The position numbers and the translations under genes are program-made. A DNA stretch of 64,000 nt, taken from NCBI RefSeq assembly GCF_001194135.2, contig NC_068994.1:45012260-45076259 (forward strand), written 5' to 3'. Positions 23,501-38,418 of this stretch are shown in pieces (the stretch's first letter is position 1; each line of letters opens with the position of its first letter). The notes under the pieces are model-generated. The model made no database searches. It was given only the letters and a program-made list of their open reading frames with translations, and had not been told where the DNA came from. Origin of the DNA: Octopus bimaculoides. Its lineage: Eukaryota.

Positions 23501-26500
23501 CTCTTCGGTACTGAATTCAACCGTACTATATCTAGTGTTCTCAAACAAAGCAGGTTCTGCTGTTGTTGCTTTTGAAAGGACTATTAACAACAAAAGAAAT
23601 TGAATAATTATGTGAAACAGCAAAAAAATGAAGCTTTGTATTTAACCTATTGACAAAGGTGTCTAAAGACAGTTAATTTATTTCGTTAGTAAACATATGA
23701 AAAATTTTACAATAAATCTTCTGTTAGTAGTAACTGCTTGACGTTTTTCCTTGGTTAACAGAAAAACAAGTGTGTTGGGGCAATGGACTGGTACTAAGAG
23801 AGGAAAATGCAGACCATTTATACATTTCAGTCAGTTAATGGCTCAACATCAACTCAGTGTACTGTTGGCCAGAAAACACTCTGATAATCCAAAGTCTTAT
23901 ATCTGTTACTTTTACTTAACATTAGTGTTCACTGTGCAAGGTTAATTAGCTTCTCCACTTGCACCTGCATCATACTTGAATTAAAGCCAGTCCACATGCC
24001 ATGTCGAAGACCAGTGTTCAAATTGAGGTCTGCTGATAACCTGCAACTATATTCGGTTGTAGATGAAGCTCATGTTAGTCGTGATCAGGTTGATTTTTGT
24101 GCTGGTGTTCCAACATGACTGTTCCATATAAGGATTCCATTTTCTAATGCATCATTGGGTGATTGCCTCATAGGGTTAGGTACCACAATGACATGAGCTG
24201 TATAATATAGACGAGACCAAAGCAATTGACATTGATTCCTCCCTGGATGCTATCTGCAGAATATTGGCACGATCGCAAGAGGAGCAGAGAATGGGTTTTA
24301 GTTTGGATCACAATGGCTTTACAGATTGATGTGTTCTCTTCACCCGGCTGGTGAAGGCGGTCTGTGAAACCATGTCTTTTTTTTATTTATTTATTATTAT
24401 TTGGGGTGTTTCAGAACTCACTGCTCGACAACAAGAAAGTGGAATCCAGTTTTTGTCCATAGTGGAACATTTCAGAAAATCAAAGTGTAAAAGAATAGGG
24501 AAAAATTTGCAGCTCTCAGATATCTTATAAAATAATGTCAGACAGTGTAACTCACTTGTTTATTTAATGAAATCACATGTTTTCATGAGTGTGTTAACAA
24601 AATTTACACTGAAATGCACATTCAAATATGAATAGGATCACTTTGAGTGATAATGGGCGTTTTGGTAACTAACATTAACTGGAATTTTTTCAGATGTCTA
24701 CAAGGTGGCTTAGTGACAAAAGGGTTAAAAGAAAGCTTGTCTGCTGCAGCCAATGGCAAACCATATTACACAAATACACCCACCTTTCTCTTGAGCCTCA
24801 TTTTCCTAACTACTTTTGACCAATATCCAAATTAGATCAATGCAATAAAAAGAAAATTCTTTTAAAGAAATTCAAGTATAAAATCATACTAAATCTTTGT
24901 GATTTATTGTTTTTAGAATTTATTGATGTGGACAAGAAACAACGTGCCTTGGATGTCCTGTACGATGTCATCAAAAGTAAGAAACACCGCACATGGCAAA
25001 AGATTCACGAGCAGATTATGGCCAAGTACCTTGAGCTTTGTGTCGATCTTCGTAAGAGTCACATTGCAAAAGAGGGCTTGTACCAGTATAAGATTATTTG
25101 TCAACAGGTTAGTATTTAATGACATTTAATTAAACACTCTTTTTTTTTTTTTTTTACATTTGAATATATATACATATATGCTTGAAGGGTAGGACGTCTT
25201 TTTGTGACCAAAGAATTTGAAGTTATTTAGTAAAATAACTAACTTTACCATGTAGTTGATGTTTTAAGCTAGTGTTTGGAACACAGAAAGTTGTGACATA
25301 TTATAATGAAGTTTTATACATGGGAGGGTTTATGTTAGAACCGAAGCAGGTTTTTAGGATAATCAGCTATAGCCTATTACTGCAAATTTATGGTGTCGTA
25401 CCTTTGTTAGAAACCATTATTATTAACTGTTTCATATTCTTTTTTCCTCATCACTTTTAAATCTACTGAGGTTAATTTTTTTTTAAATTATGAATTTGGG
25501 ATTGAGAAATGTGTAGCCTTGTACAAAGTAAGACTTCATTATTGTGCTAGATCTTATTAATTTTAATGTTTCAATTTTTATTTTCAATAGGTGAGCATCA
25601 ACTCTCTCGTGGATGTGGTGGAGAACTATTTGAAGTTGGCTGAGAAGACAACTGAGAAAGCTCGTGAACAATCTCACCAAGCCGTTGTTGATGTTGACGA
25701 TTTGGACAACCCTGATACTCCAGAGAGGTAAGCTTGTAAACATTCATATTGCTCAGAAGACATTGCACCTATTTAGAAATGTTTGACTCCTTGAGCATCA
25801 CTAGTTTTCTCTACTTGTGTCTACTCTCTTTGGCCACTTAGTATTTTTATGCAGTTAATGTTTTATATAATTGAAATAATTATTGAATCATAATGAGTTG
25901 TAGGCATAGGCATATAAAATTTCAAATTATATGATGCATACAGTATTTGAAAAACATTTTTCAGTAATTTGTGCAAAAGTTGAAGATTTACTTCTGAAAT
26001 TTCATAACTAAAAAATCTGGAAAAGTACTAAGCTTATAATTCTAGAACTAAAATATTAATTTTATTTTTTTCTCTCATCTTATTGGCCTTTTAACTTTTA
26101 AAATATTTTATTTCTCAGACACACCTCTGGACAGATGGCTACTCAGTCTGATAATCTTATTCGACTTTGTTAGGCTAGTATTTTATTACATGGTAGCTTG
26201 TTATTCGTACTATATTCCTGTAGTACATGGTAGCTTGTTATTCGTACTATAGTACTATATTCCTGTAGTACATGGTAGCTTGTTATTTGTACAATAGTAC
26301 TATATTCCCAAAATATAGTACTAGGATCAACGGTATTGACTAACCCCCTCCCTCAAAATTGCAGGCTTTTTTGTTTTAAATCAGAAATCGTTGCTGCTGT
26401 TTTTGTAATGTAAATTTTCTTTCATTCTTTCAAAGCTTGTTAATGAAAGCTGTGAGTGGTGAAGACACACAGGACCGAACAGACCGTGCCATTCTGACAC

Positions 26501-29500
26501 CATGGGTCAAGTTTTTGTGGGAGTCTTATCGTCAATGTCTGGATCTTTTGAGGAACAATTCTCGTGTTGAAAGACTGTACCATAACATTGCACAGCAAGG
26601 TAAGTAATGAAGTGACTACTTGACTGTCCATTACTTAGCAGGATTATAGAATTGGTTGAAACAAACATCTCAATACTGTCATTACCAGAGCTCATAGATG
26701 GGGCTTTCATTAGCTGTATTGCAAACTAAAGGAATTTGTTAATTATGCTTTGTTGTATAGAGTTACTATATTTCCGGAAAAAATACACCCTTCATGAGTT
26801 TGTTCCAACATAAGTATTTTATGGCTCCTATTTTTTCAACAGTCAAGGAACAAAAATTTAAGTGCATTAGCTCTTAGAGACTGCTTATTTTCCTCACTGT
26901 GAATGAAACCAGATCACAAAATTAGGATCTCACATTCATCATCTACTAAAAATATGGAGAATAATGTGTATTAGAGGTGGAAAATATTAGTAAAAGTTCA
27001 GTTTTTTTCAATAGAAATGTTATGGGAACCCCTTCTGTTGTCATTTCATCTAGTGAGCTTCTTTTACATGTTTGGTCCCCAAGCTGCACTGTGAGATGAA
27101 TTTGTGGTGCATAAGAACTAAATATCATTTTGCCTTGGAAATATGTACAACTCCAGCAAATTTTAATTCCCGGTCCATATAATAGTCTAATGAATCCAGT
27201 GTGCCAAACTGTCTGTATTCACAATCTATATAACCTTGCTGTTGGAGGAATCTCAGAAATATCCCCACCACCCAATTTTCATTAACAAGGCATAAATATT
27301 ACAGTGTTTTGTTTTATGGCTCTTTTTAACCTGCTAGTGTATTTAGAATACATAAATAAATACTGGTTAGTTTTAAACGTGGCCAAGTTTATTTGTATGT
27401 TGGTGTTAGTATGAAGATATAATAGTTCTTTAGTTCAAAATATATTCTGTAAGGTATGGTCAGTGTGTCAAAAGGTCAATGAACAATGTAGCCTAATCTT
27501 GTTTGAAATTTTCTTTCCAGCTTTCCTCTTCTGCATCAATTACAACCGAAAGACAGAGTTCAGGAAACTATGTGACAATGTAAGTTTCTCTTCTGTCTTC
27601 CTTTCTTCCTTATATACATGCACACACTGTAAGATATCATTGTATGCAATTCTGTGAGCTAGTCATTTAAGGGTGAGATGCTTGTGACCCATGATCATTG
27701 CATAGTTTTGGTGACCTCATGAAACATGGACCTAGCTATTTCTCTCAATATATGGATGCACACACACACACACACACACGTCATTGTAATGCCCACTTTT
27801 CCATGTTTGCATGGATCAAATGAAATTCATTGCGGCAGATTTTCTTCAGCTGGGTCCCTTCCTGTCAGCAAACTATACTTGTTTCTAAGCAAGTAATATT
27901 TCCCCATGATCAAAGGTATTTTTGTGGAAATTAGCAAATAAAGGAGACTGCTTGTATGATCATGATGCTCGTTTACAACTATCACACAATGTCAAGACAA
28001 GGGGACACTAACACCATCGGATGCATATACATATGTGACGAGCTTTCACTTTCTGGTTAATCTGGTTTGTAATAGAAGACCATGCAGTGGGATTGAACTC
28101 AAAACCACATGGGAAACGAATTCTTAATCATGCAGCCATGCTCAGATGTTGATGGCCATAATTTTATTTAGGAAAATACTAAATAAAGAATCTTTGTAAA
28201 GACTCAAATCTTAGATGACTTCTTTATTGAGTGACAACTCAGACACGACCACTTTATTCTGAACTTATCTAGCTTAAAATATTTCCATATATTTTTCTTT
28301 GTAGCTCCGCACACATTTGATGCAAATCAACAAACAGCAGCACCAGCAAACTGCTATCAACCTGAACAATGTGGAGTCACAAGCAATGCATTTGGAGACA
28401 CGTCTGGCTCAGCTGGATAGTGCCATCAGCATGGAGCTGTGGCAGGAAGCTTTCAAAGCTGTAGAGGATATTTATAACTTGATCAGTTTATCAAAGAAGC
28501 CGCCCAAGCCCGCTCTGATGGCTAACTACTACCAGAAATTAGGACTTGTTTTTTGGAAATCAGGAAATCATCTATTTCATGCCTGCACACTACATCGACT
28601 TTTCCATTTGTCCAGAGATCAGAAAAAGAATTTGTCTCAAGAGGAATTACAAAGGTAAAACAACTAAATCTATGTTTCCTGTATGTTTATATAGAATTGA
28701 TAAATTTTTGTATGTGCCTTTAATTCTGATGTCTTTTCTTCACATTTCCTTCATCTCTTGTAGAATGGCAACTCGTGTATTGTGTGCCAGTTTGGCTATT
28801 CCAATTCCTCCGGCTAGAAATGCTATTGGTCAGTTATTGGATATGGATGAGAGTACTTTAGAGAAACAACGTCGTTTAGCCACCTTGCTAATGCTCAACA
28901 ACCCTCCCAACAGACAGCAACTTATCAAAGATTTGGTATGTTTTTTTGTTCTTATATATTAAGACCAGAGGTTGTCAAAGTAATGATTTGTCTGTTTAAA
29001 TTCGGACTTCATTGAAAGAAATTCTCTTATAAAAAGGAGAATCTCTTTGACTCAAGCCTGTCCAAGAATNNNNNNNNNNAAGTGTTTGGATTTAAATTTA
29101 AAACTCTTCTTATGTTATGTAAGAACCTTTTGTTATACTTCAAACTGAATTTCAGTTTTATTCAAATTGTATGACAGTTTTTGTCTTCAAAGTTAATTGA
29201 ACCAGCAATGATTCATTAGAAACATGGTCATTAAAGGATAAAGAATTTCATGAAATAAATTACCAGTGTTCTATTTGGATCAGTTCAGTTCATTGTGCTC
29301 TTTGCTCACCAAGAAGTGGCTTTCGTGTTTAAAGAAAGAAATTATAAATACTTATACGCTCACCCTACAATTGGTACAGTGAAGGTAGTTAAATCTGGAG
29401 AGTGTTGGACCTAATGTTATACGGTGTTTTGTTTCCAGCTCTTGATTCTTCATCATCATCATCATCATCATCATCGTTTCTACAGCTGGATGCCCTTCCT

Positions 29501-32500
29501 AACGCCAACCACTCAGAGAGTGTAGTGGGTGCTTTTACGTGCCACCGGCACGGGGACCAGTCAGGCAGTCCTGGCAACGGCCACGCTCAAAATGGTGTAT
29601 TTTGTGTGCCACCCGCACAAGAGCCAGTCCAGGGGCACTGGCAACGATCTCGCTCGAAAGTCCTTACACATGCCATGGGCACAAGTGCCAGAAAGGCGAC
29701 GCTGGGCACAGGTGCCATCACGATTTCGCTTTAATGCATCATTTAATGCCTGAATTCATTTCTGTCAACCTTGTCATGTCCTCTAGTCATAGCCCTTGTT
29801 TTACTGCCATATACAACCTGCCTTTCACTCTTAGGTAAAAGCCCTTTGTTATCAACAAAGGTAGTAGCTCTCTGAACTTTGCTCAGTCTGTTCTTATCCT
29901 AGCAACTGCACTTTCTCAACTTCTTCCTCTACTGCTAACTTGGTCACCGAGGTAACATAAGCTTTCTACTACTTCTAACGATTCCCCGACATTTGGGGAG
30001 GTCTATTCTCTACATTTTTAGTGTTTATTGCACCTGCACATCTGTTACACGCAAAGACTACTTTCTCTGTTAACCTTCTTGTGATACTACTGCACCTCTT
30101 ATGTGTCCATAACTTTTGTTGGGTGTGCCGTATGGAGTTTCTACCAAAAACCTTTCCTACACATCAAGCAGAGCCATCTCCCTGAAGGAATTTGAGATTT
30201 GTTTGTTTTCCTACTCACTAGATGAGATTTTGTGGGGGTCCATGCTAGCTAAAGTAAATCTAAGGCCCTTAGATTCCAGACCTTACTTCCTCACTTGAAA
30301 TTTTCTCTCTAGTTCAGGTTGTGATTCAGCTATAAGAACAAGGTCATCAGCATAGAGGAGCTCTCAAGGAAAGCCAGTCTTAAATTCCTCTTATGGCCTG
30401 GAGGACTATGATAAGCCAGAGGAGAATGAAAACCAATCTTTGGTGAACTCCTACTTGTACACTAAATTCATTGCTATACTCATTGCTGACCTTCATCTTA
30501 CTGACAACATCCTTGTACATGGCTTGTACTGCTCTCACCAACCACTCATCTATCCCTAGCTTGCACATTGACCACCAGATGAGGGAGCAAGGGACTCTGT
30601 CAAAGGCCTTCTCCAGGTCTACAAAAGCCAAGTACAGAGGTTTATTCCTGGCTCAATGCTTCTTATGCAGTTGCCTTACCGGGAAGATAGCATCAGTGGT
30701 GCTTCTCCTTGGCACAAAACCAAACTGCATCTCGTTGATTGTAAGTTAAAATTCTGTTCTATCATTTCAGCTTTAATTTCTTGCATGTTGTGGGTTTCCT
30801 ATAAAACTGAAAAGTTGAAAACGCTTTCTTGCAGCAGCCCACTATCTCAAACTGGGTGTCTCCCTCAAACTCACAATTCATTGTATACCTCCACAAATGC
30901 ACATTAAAGGTTTAGTGTCAACAAGGGAGGAAAAGAATACTCAATATATAATACGTATTATTTGCATTGAATTTAAGAAAAAATAAATTCAAGTTTCATG
31001 CCACTGATCATCAGATGTGTGTATAATTTCTCCCCCATTTGTAGTATATCTAAAACTTTATTTACTGTCTCCTCCCCTTTTTTTTTAAAGATGGTAGGGT
31101 GTGATTTCGGGGAAAACAACTGAATTATACTTGGATCCCGTATAGTAATGCTGATTATAAATGAATCAATTTTTTGTATTAATTTGTAATATTTGTCTGG
31201 TTCAGGTGAAATACAGTGTTATACAGTACGTTTTCCCCGAGCTACAGAACCTGTATCGATGGCTGGAGATTGACTTCCATCCTTTGAAATTGTCTGATCG
31301 TGTGAAACCCTGTATCGAATTCATCAACAACCAGCCTGACTTGAAGCAGTATGTACCAGCTCTGCAAGACATCATCATTACCCGTGTACTTAAACAGGTC
31401 AGTTTATATTTACTGATTTCTCTATCTATCTATCTATGTATTGTATCTACTGTATTTTAACATATATAAGGAACCCTCGTGTATAAGGACACCCCTAATT
31501 TTAGGGGTTTAAAATTTGGAAAAAATGTTTTGTAAGGGATTATAATGCTATCCATGTATAAGAAACTCCCATATTTTTTAAACCTAATTTTGACAAAAAA
31601 GGGTTCCTTATATTAAAATACTGTAATTTAGGTACGACTGTTCTTAAGGCTAGATTTCAGTGTTTATGTGGCATACAGAGTTCATTTGATTGTCTACTTC
31701 TTCATGCTAGTGTGGTGGTGATTTTGATACAGGAATTTGTAGCCAAGTGCTCTTCCTGTCTCCTACCCTCATCTGTTTCTCAGTTAAGGGGTTTTATATT
31801 CCACGTGAGTATGTATATATATATATATATATATAGAACAGGCTTTTTTTTTCAGTTTCTGTCTTATTAAATTCCTTCATGAGGTTGTAGTAGATATCAC
31901 TTGGCCAAAGGGATGTCCTGTGGAGCTGAACCTAAAACCATGAACTTCTTAACTACATCCATGCCTGCATCTGTGCACAATATTTGTAAGGAGTTCACTG
32001 GTTCAAACCCTGCCATGGCAAAAGTGTTTTACTTATAACACTTGAATTTCAAAGTTTCCTCAATCACCTTAGTGTGATCAAGTCTTTCTTTATTTCATAA
32101 TGCTTTGGTTTTGATACTTCATAGTATTCTACCATATGTAGAGTATAATGTGGTACCAGGCTGTGCTATGTTATTCCTGCTCTATTATATATCTATATTA
32201 ATATCCACATGTGTGTGTGTGTGTGTGAGTGTGTATGTATATATGTTGCCATTAATATACTATAATTCTTTCTCTACTTGCAGGTATCTCAAGTCTATCA
32301 GACCATAGAATTTAACCGTCTATCTGTTTTGGTACCATTTGCTTCTTCATTCCATTTAGAAAGAGTGATTGTCTCTTCTGCAAAGCATTTAGATCTTCAG
32401 GTGAGTTACCATTCTTCTTCAGTACTTGGCATGGTTGTTTGATTCATTAGGAATTTTTTTTATATTACTATTATCAAGTTCTCTTCAGTTGAACATTTTA

Positions 32501-33631
32501 ATTTCTGCTTTAACCATTTTACTTTTCATACTTCTTAAACCACTTTTGGTTAATTATCCAGAGAGGGGGTGAACACCACCAGTTTGACTTTACTGTAATA
32601 ATACATAAACAAAATTTGGGTTGTAATCTAACATGTGTGTGGACATTTATTTGAAGCTGATGAATCAATCCTCATCCAGGTCTTATGTAATTTTCCCAGT
32701 GACAAATGTATGATTTGTGTGTAATGGATAGACTACACATAATGATGAAGGAAGTTATCCACCTAGTAGTGAGTACTTGGGCAGCAGGTTAAACAAAGCA
32801 AGACTTTTCTCCACCTGATATTATATGCAGATTGTAATCAGAACTAGCATAGATCCTTTGATAAGATACTTCTTGATGATCGAAGAACTAACTGTTCAAT
32901 TTTAATTATTCTTGTCTGCCTTTGTGTAGCCCTAAACCACTGAACTGCAAACAGGTACAATGACATGTGTTTCCTTGCATCTACCTGTGAAGTTACTATT
33001 AAGTAACTATTCATTGCTTTATGTTGTAACTTGGAGTCCTGTTGCTTCAGCAAGATACATATCTCCAAGAGCAAAGAATGTTTCTAATGAATGTTATCTT
33101 TAGAGTTTGAGAGGTCCGGCTGTTAATTTCTCAGCTGTACCACTGTATTGTCTGTGGTAAAATACTTGACTCTTATTAGACCAATTCAGCTAGATGAGAA
33201 TAAATGCTGCTGAATAGTATATAGTTCAAGGCTGTAGGCTGTGGTTGCACTAATATTGGTCTCAAATTTTGGCACAAGGTCAGCAAGTTCATGTAAGTAG
33301 ATTACACTGACCTCAGTGCTCAACTGATAATTATTTTATTGATCCTGAAAGGATGAAAGGCATGGTTGATTCAGTGGAATTTGAACTCAGAGCAAAGCAT
33401 TTTACCTGGTGTGTTGATGATTCTACCAGCTTGCCACCTTAATATTGGCTGCACTAATGTTAATGGCTATTTCATTGACTAAGTGTGAATATCTGTGACA
33501 GAGATGCCCTATCCAGAGTATGGTTATAAGTTCTCATTTACTTATAGTGATTTTCACTTACTCTGTGGATCTTCATGATCTGCAAAGGAGTCAAACTCAA
33601 AAATCGTGTTTTGTGACAAATATTTGTATTG

Positions 33632-33667
<36 letters not shown>

Positions 33668-36600
33668 CTTAGGTGAGAATTAACCATCGAACCAATTCAT
33701 TGAGTTTTGGTACTGACTTGGTCCTTGCCCAGAAAGAAGATATCCCTGAAGGCCCCTATATCCAAAGCATGCCAAGTGAACGTATCCGCAATCAACTTTC
33801 AATCATGGCTCAAGTTCTACACAAGTCTGTACAACTGGTTCGTCCAAAGGAGACTGAAGTGAGTTATAAATTAGATTCAGACGTTAAAAAAAAAAAATTT
33901 GAAAGGTTTAATGTACAAACTCGACGATGTAGTTATTTGTTTTGGAGGAATAACCTGCCTTCAACTGCATTACTACATTTGTTCGGAACTGCAAATGGTC
34001 GCAGTGCTTTCGAGCCCCTCTTGATTTGGTATATAATATAAATGCATTTACAATGCTTGTGTTTACTATATACTAAACCAGGTATTGCCACCATTTATTA
34101 CTTGGTCTACCAACCAGATAATAACTCGTCATTTGGTTCAGCTGATCTATACTGTCCATGTATCTGTTATAATTGCTGTTCACAAATGGGGTGCCCTTTT
34201 CATCTACACATGGTTGTGTACTGGTAGATAGAAAATTTATCTGCCTCTTAACTCTGTATGCAGTTGCTAACAGATTTCGTTTCTGCCGTTGGATTATTTC
34301 ACCTTTTTTTTAAAAATCCAGTGGCAGTTCTTTTCTACAAGCAATTACTGTAGCACACGTATACATTGTCACAGCTTCTAAATCCATCGCAAGTTTGACT
34401 GTATACTGTGTATGTATCTAGTGTCCTATAATGCAGTATTCAGCATTTAAATGCTACCTTATGGAATATCTGCCATTTGAACTGAGATTCTTGATAGTTA
34501 ATAGGTTTATCACCATAGATTAAAGTTTGTTAAAAGTGCTTAATTTGTTTGTTCTCCCCCCCCCCNNNNNNNNNNCTCTGTTGGGCTCATTTTTACCATT
34601 GTTACTTCACTTTGTAGACTGACAAGGAAGATCAGAGGAAAGAGATGATTGAAACTTATCGTTTGGCAGCAAAGGAGGAGCATAAAAACATTCTGAAGAG
34701 ACGACAAATCATTGAGAACCGCAAAGAACAGTTAGAACATCTTAACGATCAGAGGGTGAGTGGATTCTCTGCATTCTTTTCATCCATTTCTATAACAACC
34801 GAGATTATTCTGTTAGTCATATATAAGCCATTATATAGAGAGAATGATGTCATAACAGTCATTTGATTATTTGTAGTGTGGTGTCCAGTGAAAGCACCTG
34901 TCCAGCAAGAGTTGTACTGTGTATTGTACTTGATAAAGCCAGTTGACTTGTTTTGTTTCTCGTAGTTTGTACAGATATAAGGTAAAAGAAGGCTCTGGAA
35001 CTGAGCTAAGGGCTAATTCTTAGCCTCAGTTTCATGGTGTGAAGTTGGAGAAAAAATTGATTGAATATAGATAACATTCAACATTCCCAGGTGATTTGGC
35101 ACCTCCTTCTTACCAATATGTATATTGTGACAATTGCTGCAGATACAGCTATGTGGTTAAGAATTTTATCAATGCCTTGAACATAGAATTTGCTTGGCAA
35201 ATACTGCCACAACCAGTTGTATATGCTAGAGTTTCTATAAACCAGAATGCTATGTTACAAGCCTTTGCATAGAGGTGTTCTGTCTTCCAGATCTATCCAG
35301 TTCATGATCACATGGAAGAATGAAAGACATAACTGGTTGTGGTGTTGATATTGGTAATTCTATTGAAAGATTGTCTTTCATTTATTTATTTGTTTATCTT
35401 TAGGAACGAGAGGAACAAGAGCAACAAAAAGAGCAACGTCGCAAGGCGTATGAAGCTGAAATGGCTCGGTTGGAACGAGAGGCTAAGGAGCGTGAAAAAC
35501 AACGGTTGGAAGAGGAACACAAGGAGATTCAAAGACGACATGCCAAAGAACGCATTGAGCAACTCCGCAAATCGGAGATGGGTGCAAAATTCTTACAAAA
35601 TATTGATGAAGAAGTAAGTTCTCTCCCCCCCCCTCTTTATCCTATGATAAACATTTCCTGGTGCATTTTTGTACGTTCTGTTCTGCTTTCTACTCTATTC
35701 TAACTTAAAATCAGCTATGCATTTCTGACTTCCCCTATTTGCAGTCTAAATTTCTCTTTCCTCACCTCTTCATTTCACCTTTTGCTCTGCTCTTACTTGA
35801 CTGCCTCTGATTGTCCACTTTTCTGTCTCTTTAGGACTTTGCTGATTTGGATGTTGATGAGATCATGGCACGACAAGTGGAACAGCTCGAGAAAGAGAAA
35901 AAAGAGCTACTGGAGAGGTTGAAGGCTCAAGAAAAGAAGGTTTGTTGAATTCTCTCTTCATTCATTACAGTTAAATTTAGTAATTTTGACTGAAGAGATC
36001 ATTTTAAAAGTTAGCCACATTCTTAACTCCAGTGTTATTAACCTCTTTGCTTTTTGATCATTTAAATGACCAAGGTAATATGTAGAGATTTATGAGGTTT
36101 TGATTTCTATTCAACTTAAACACACTCACAAAGTTTTTACACATCAAACTTATGTACATTTTCTGTGCTGTAGAATATTACTGTTCCAAGCTGTATGTTT
36201 GTATTATAACTGTCGCTGATTGATGATATAAATCATTGCAGGTTGACTATTTTAGCCGAGCTAAGAGACTGGAAGAAATACCTTTACTTGAAGACCAATT
36301 CAAGGAGGAGAAAGTACAAAACCAGAAGTTCTGGGAAGAACAGGAGAAGGAAAGGGTAAGCTTCACTCTATTATATAGTAATGCCCTGGCTTGTAGAGCA
36401 ATCATAAGGTCCTGTTCACAGTTTTGGAGAGAGTATAGACCTATACAGTTATATAAACTTGCATTAACCGTAACATTTTATCACTAGATGTATTACAATA
36501 ACAAATATTCTTGTTTTATTATTTTGACAGATTGAAGGACTTAGAAAGGAACGAGAAATGGCTTTGGAGACATGGAATCGTCTCAACCGCATGAAAGATG

Positions 36601-38384
36601 AGAGAGTCAAGTTTGTCAAGATTTTGTCAGAAGCAAGAAAGTCTGACTTTAATGTGAGTAGATGTGTCAAAATTTACCTGCCTGTTGTTGCTTTCACGCT
36701 TTTGGTGTTCAGCAGGTTAGCTGTATATGAGTGATAGGGTGAGCAATTTGCAATAGTAGGTTTGAATTATATTGGTTGTCAGGAGCAACAGAAGTAAACC
36801 TACCTCCAGTATAGTGATTGATGATATATAAAGAACTTGGTAGCTCATGGGTTTTTGCTTATGTAATATATTTAAATCGTTGGATATGCTGGTAAATTAA
36901 TTTAATATAGTATTGATACTGAGAGTAAAATTCTCGCGTTTTTGTCTGTTTCACCACAACAGGACAGATTGAAGAAATTTGAAGTACACATGCAAGATGA
37001 AGCCAAGAATCGGCTCAAGAAACGCAAGGAAAAACGTAAAAAAGAACGCCGAGAGAAGTTCTATCGCGAGAAGGAGGAGGCAGAAATACGGTTGAAGGAA
37101 GAGACGGAGAGAAAAGGTAAAAAAATTTTTATGTCTTTCTCTGGTGGTTGTTTTGACATTTTTATGTATTGACTTCCATATCAACTTAGTTGTTCTTCTT
37201 TCTCATTGTACTTACAAGGTGATCTTAACACTCTCACTTGATCTGGTAGAACTACCAGCCAAATCTTTCTCAGTCATACCCTATTTTTTCAGAAAAGGAG
37301 GATAAATTGAATGATGTTAGGACGGGATAGTTACAGCATTGAATGAATGCCTTTGATTCTAGGTCTGAACCTAAAACAAAACAATTGTTTAATTCTATGT
37401 CAATTATAATCAAATACATTCCAAGCATGAATCTCTCCCTCCCTTTCTGTTTTGAAGGAATATTAACATAAACAAGTACATGTTACCTCACTAGCTCAGC
37501 TTGGCAATTACAACAGTGTGTGGTGTGTATATTTGATATATGGCTGTCAGTTGACTATTAAAGAGCTTGGTTGTGGCTATATGAGAGGAGTTGATTAGGA
37601 AATGTGTGTGCATATGGCACTTTGTAGGGTTTTTTTTTTAAAAATCAGAACTTAAAATTTATTTGAGTTTTTCTGTGACACGATGAGCTCAGATGGGTCA
37701 TCTTGTGTTTCAATAGTATTAGGATGAGGTCTTGCTGTGGATGGAGCATCATCATCATCATCGTTTAACGTCCGCTTTCCATGCTAGCATGGGTTGGACG
37801 ATTTGACTGAGGACTGGTGAACCAGATGGCCACACCAGGCTCCAATCTGATTTGGCAGAGTTTCTACAGCTGGATGCCCTTCCTAATGCCAACCACTCTG
37901 AGAGTGTAGTAGGTGCTTTTACGTGACACCGGCGAGTTATCATATTACTCCCTTTGTGTGTGTGTGTGCAATTGGGACTACATTGTCCAGTATGGAATTT
38001 TTAAGATGGTTGCTCATGTTTGGGGTAGATTTTGACTTATTTTTCTTGCAGATTGATCCTTTAGTTAGTATTCAGATTACTCTGTTGAATGTAATACTTA
38101 TTCACATCGTTTTGAATTAATCATGCATTGTCATGTGGCTATGTAATTCAAATATAGTCAGTTTAAGTGCTAAAGGGTTGATCTCATTGCCTGTTGTAGA
38201 TCTGGTGGTAATGGAATTATCATTCAATATTGGTTTTCTGTGCTGTCATGGGCTGGATGGTTTGTTGGTCTGGCAAGCCACATGGCTACATTGGGCTCCA
38301 GGGTCAGCTTTGTCATGGTTCTAAAGCTACAGCTACATACCCTTCCTAATATAATACCAATCACTTCATAGTGTGTATTAGGTG

Positions 38385-38418
<34 letters not shown>

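Noticed and set aside
33900-34300. H/ACA snoRNA candidates in eIF3a introns 9-10 (SNORA19-like search)
   Set aside because: Some hairpins and ANANNA/ACA words occur, but stems are short, spacing is wrong or the ACA box is missing; this is expected by chance in AT-rich DNA.
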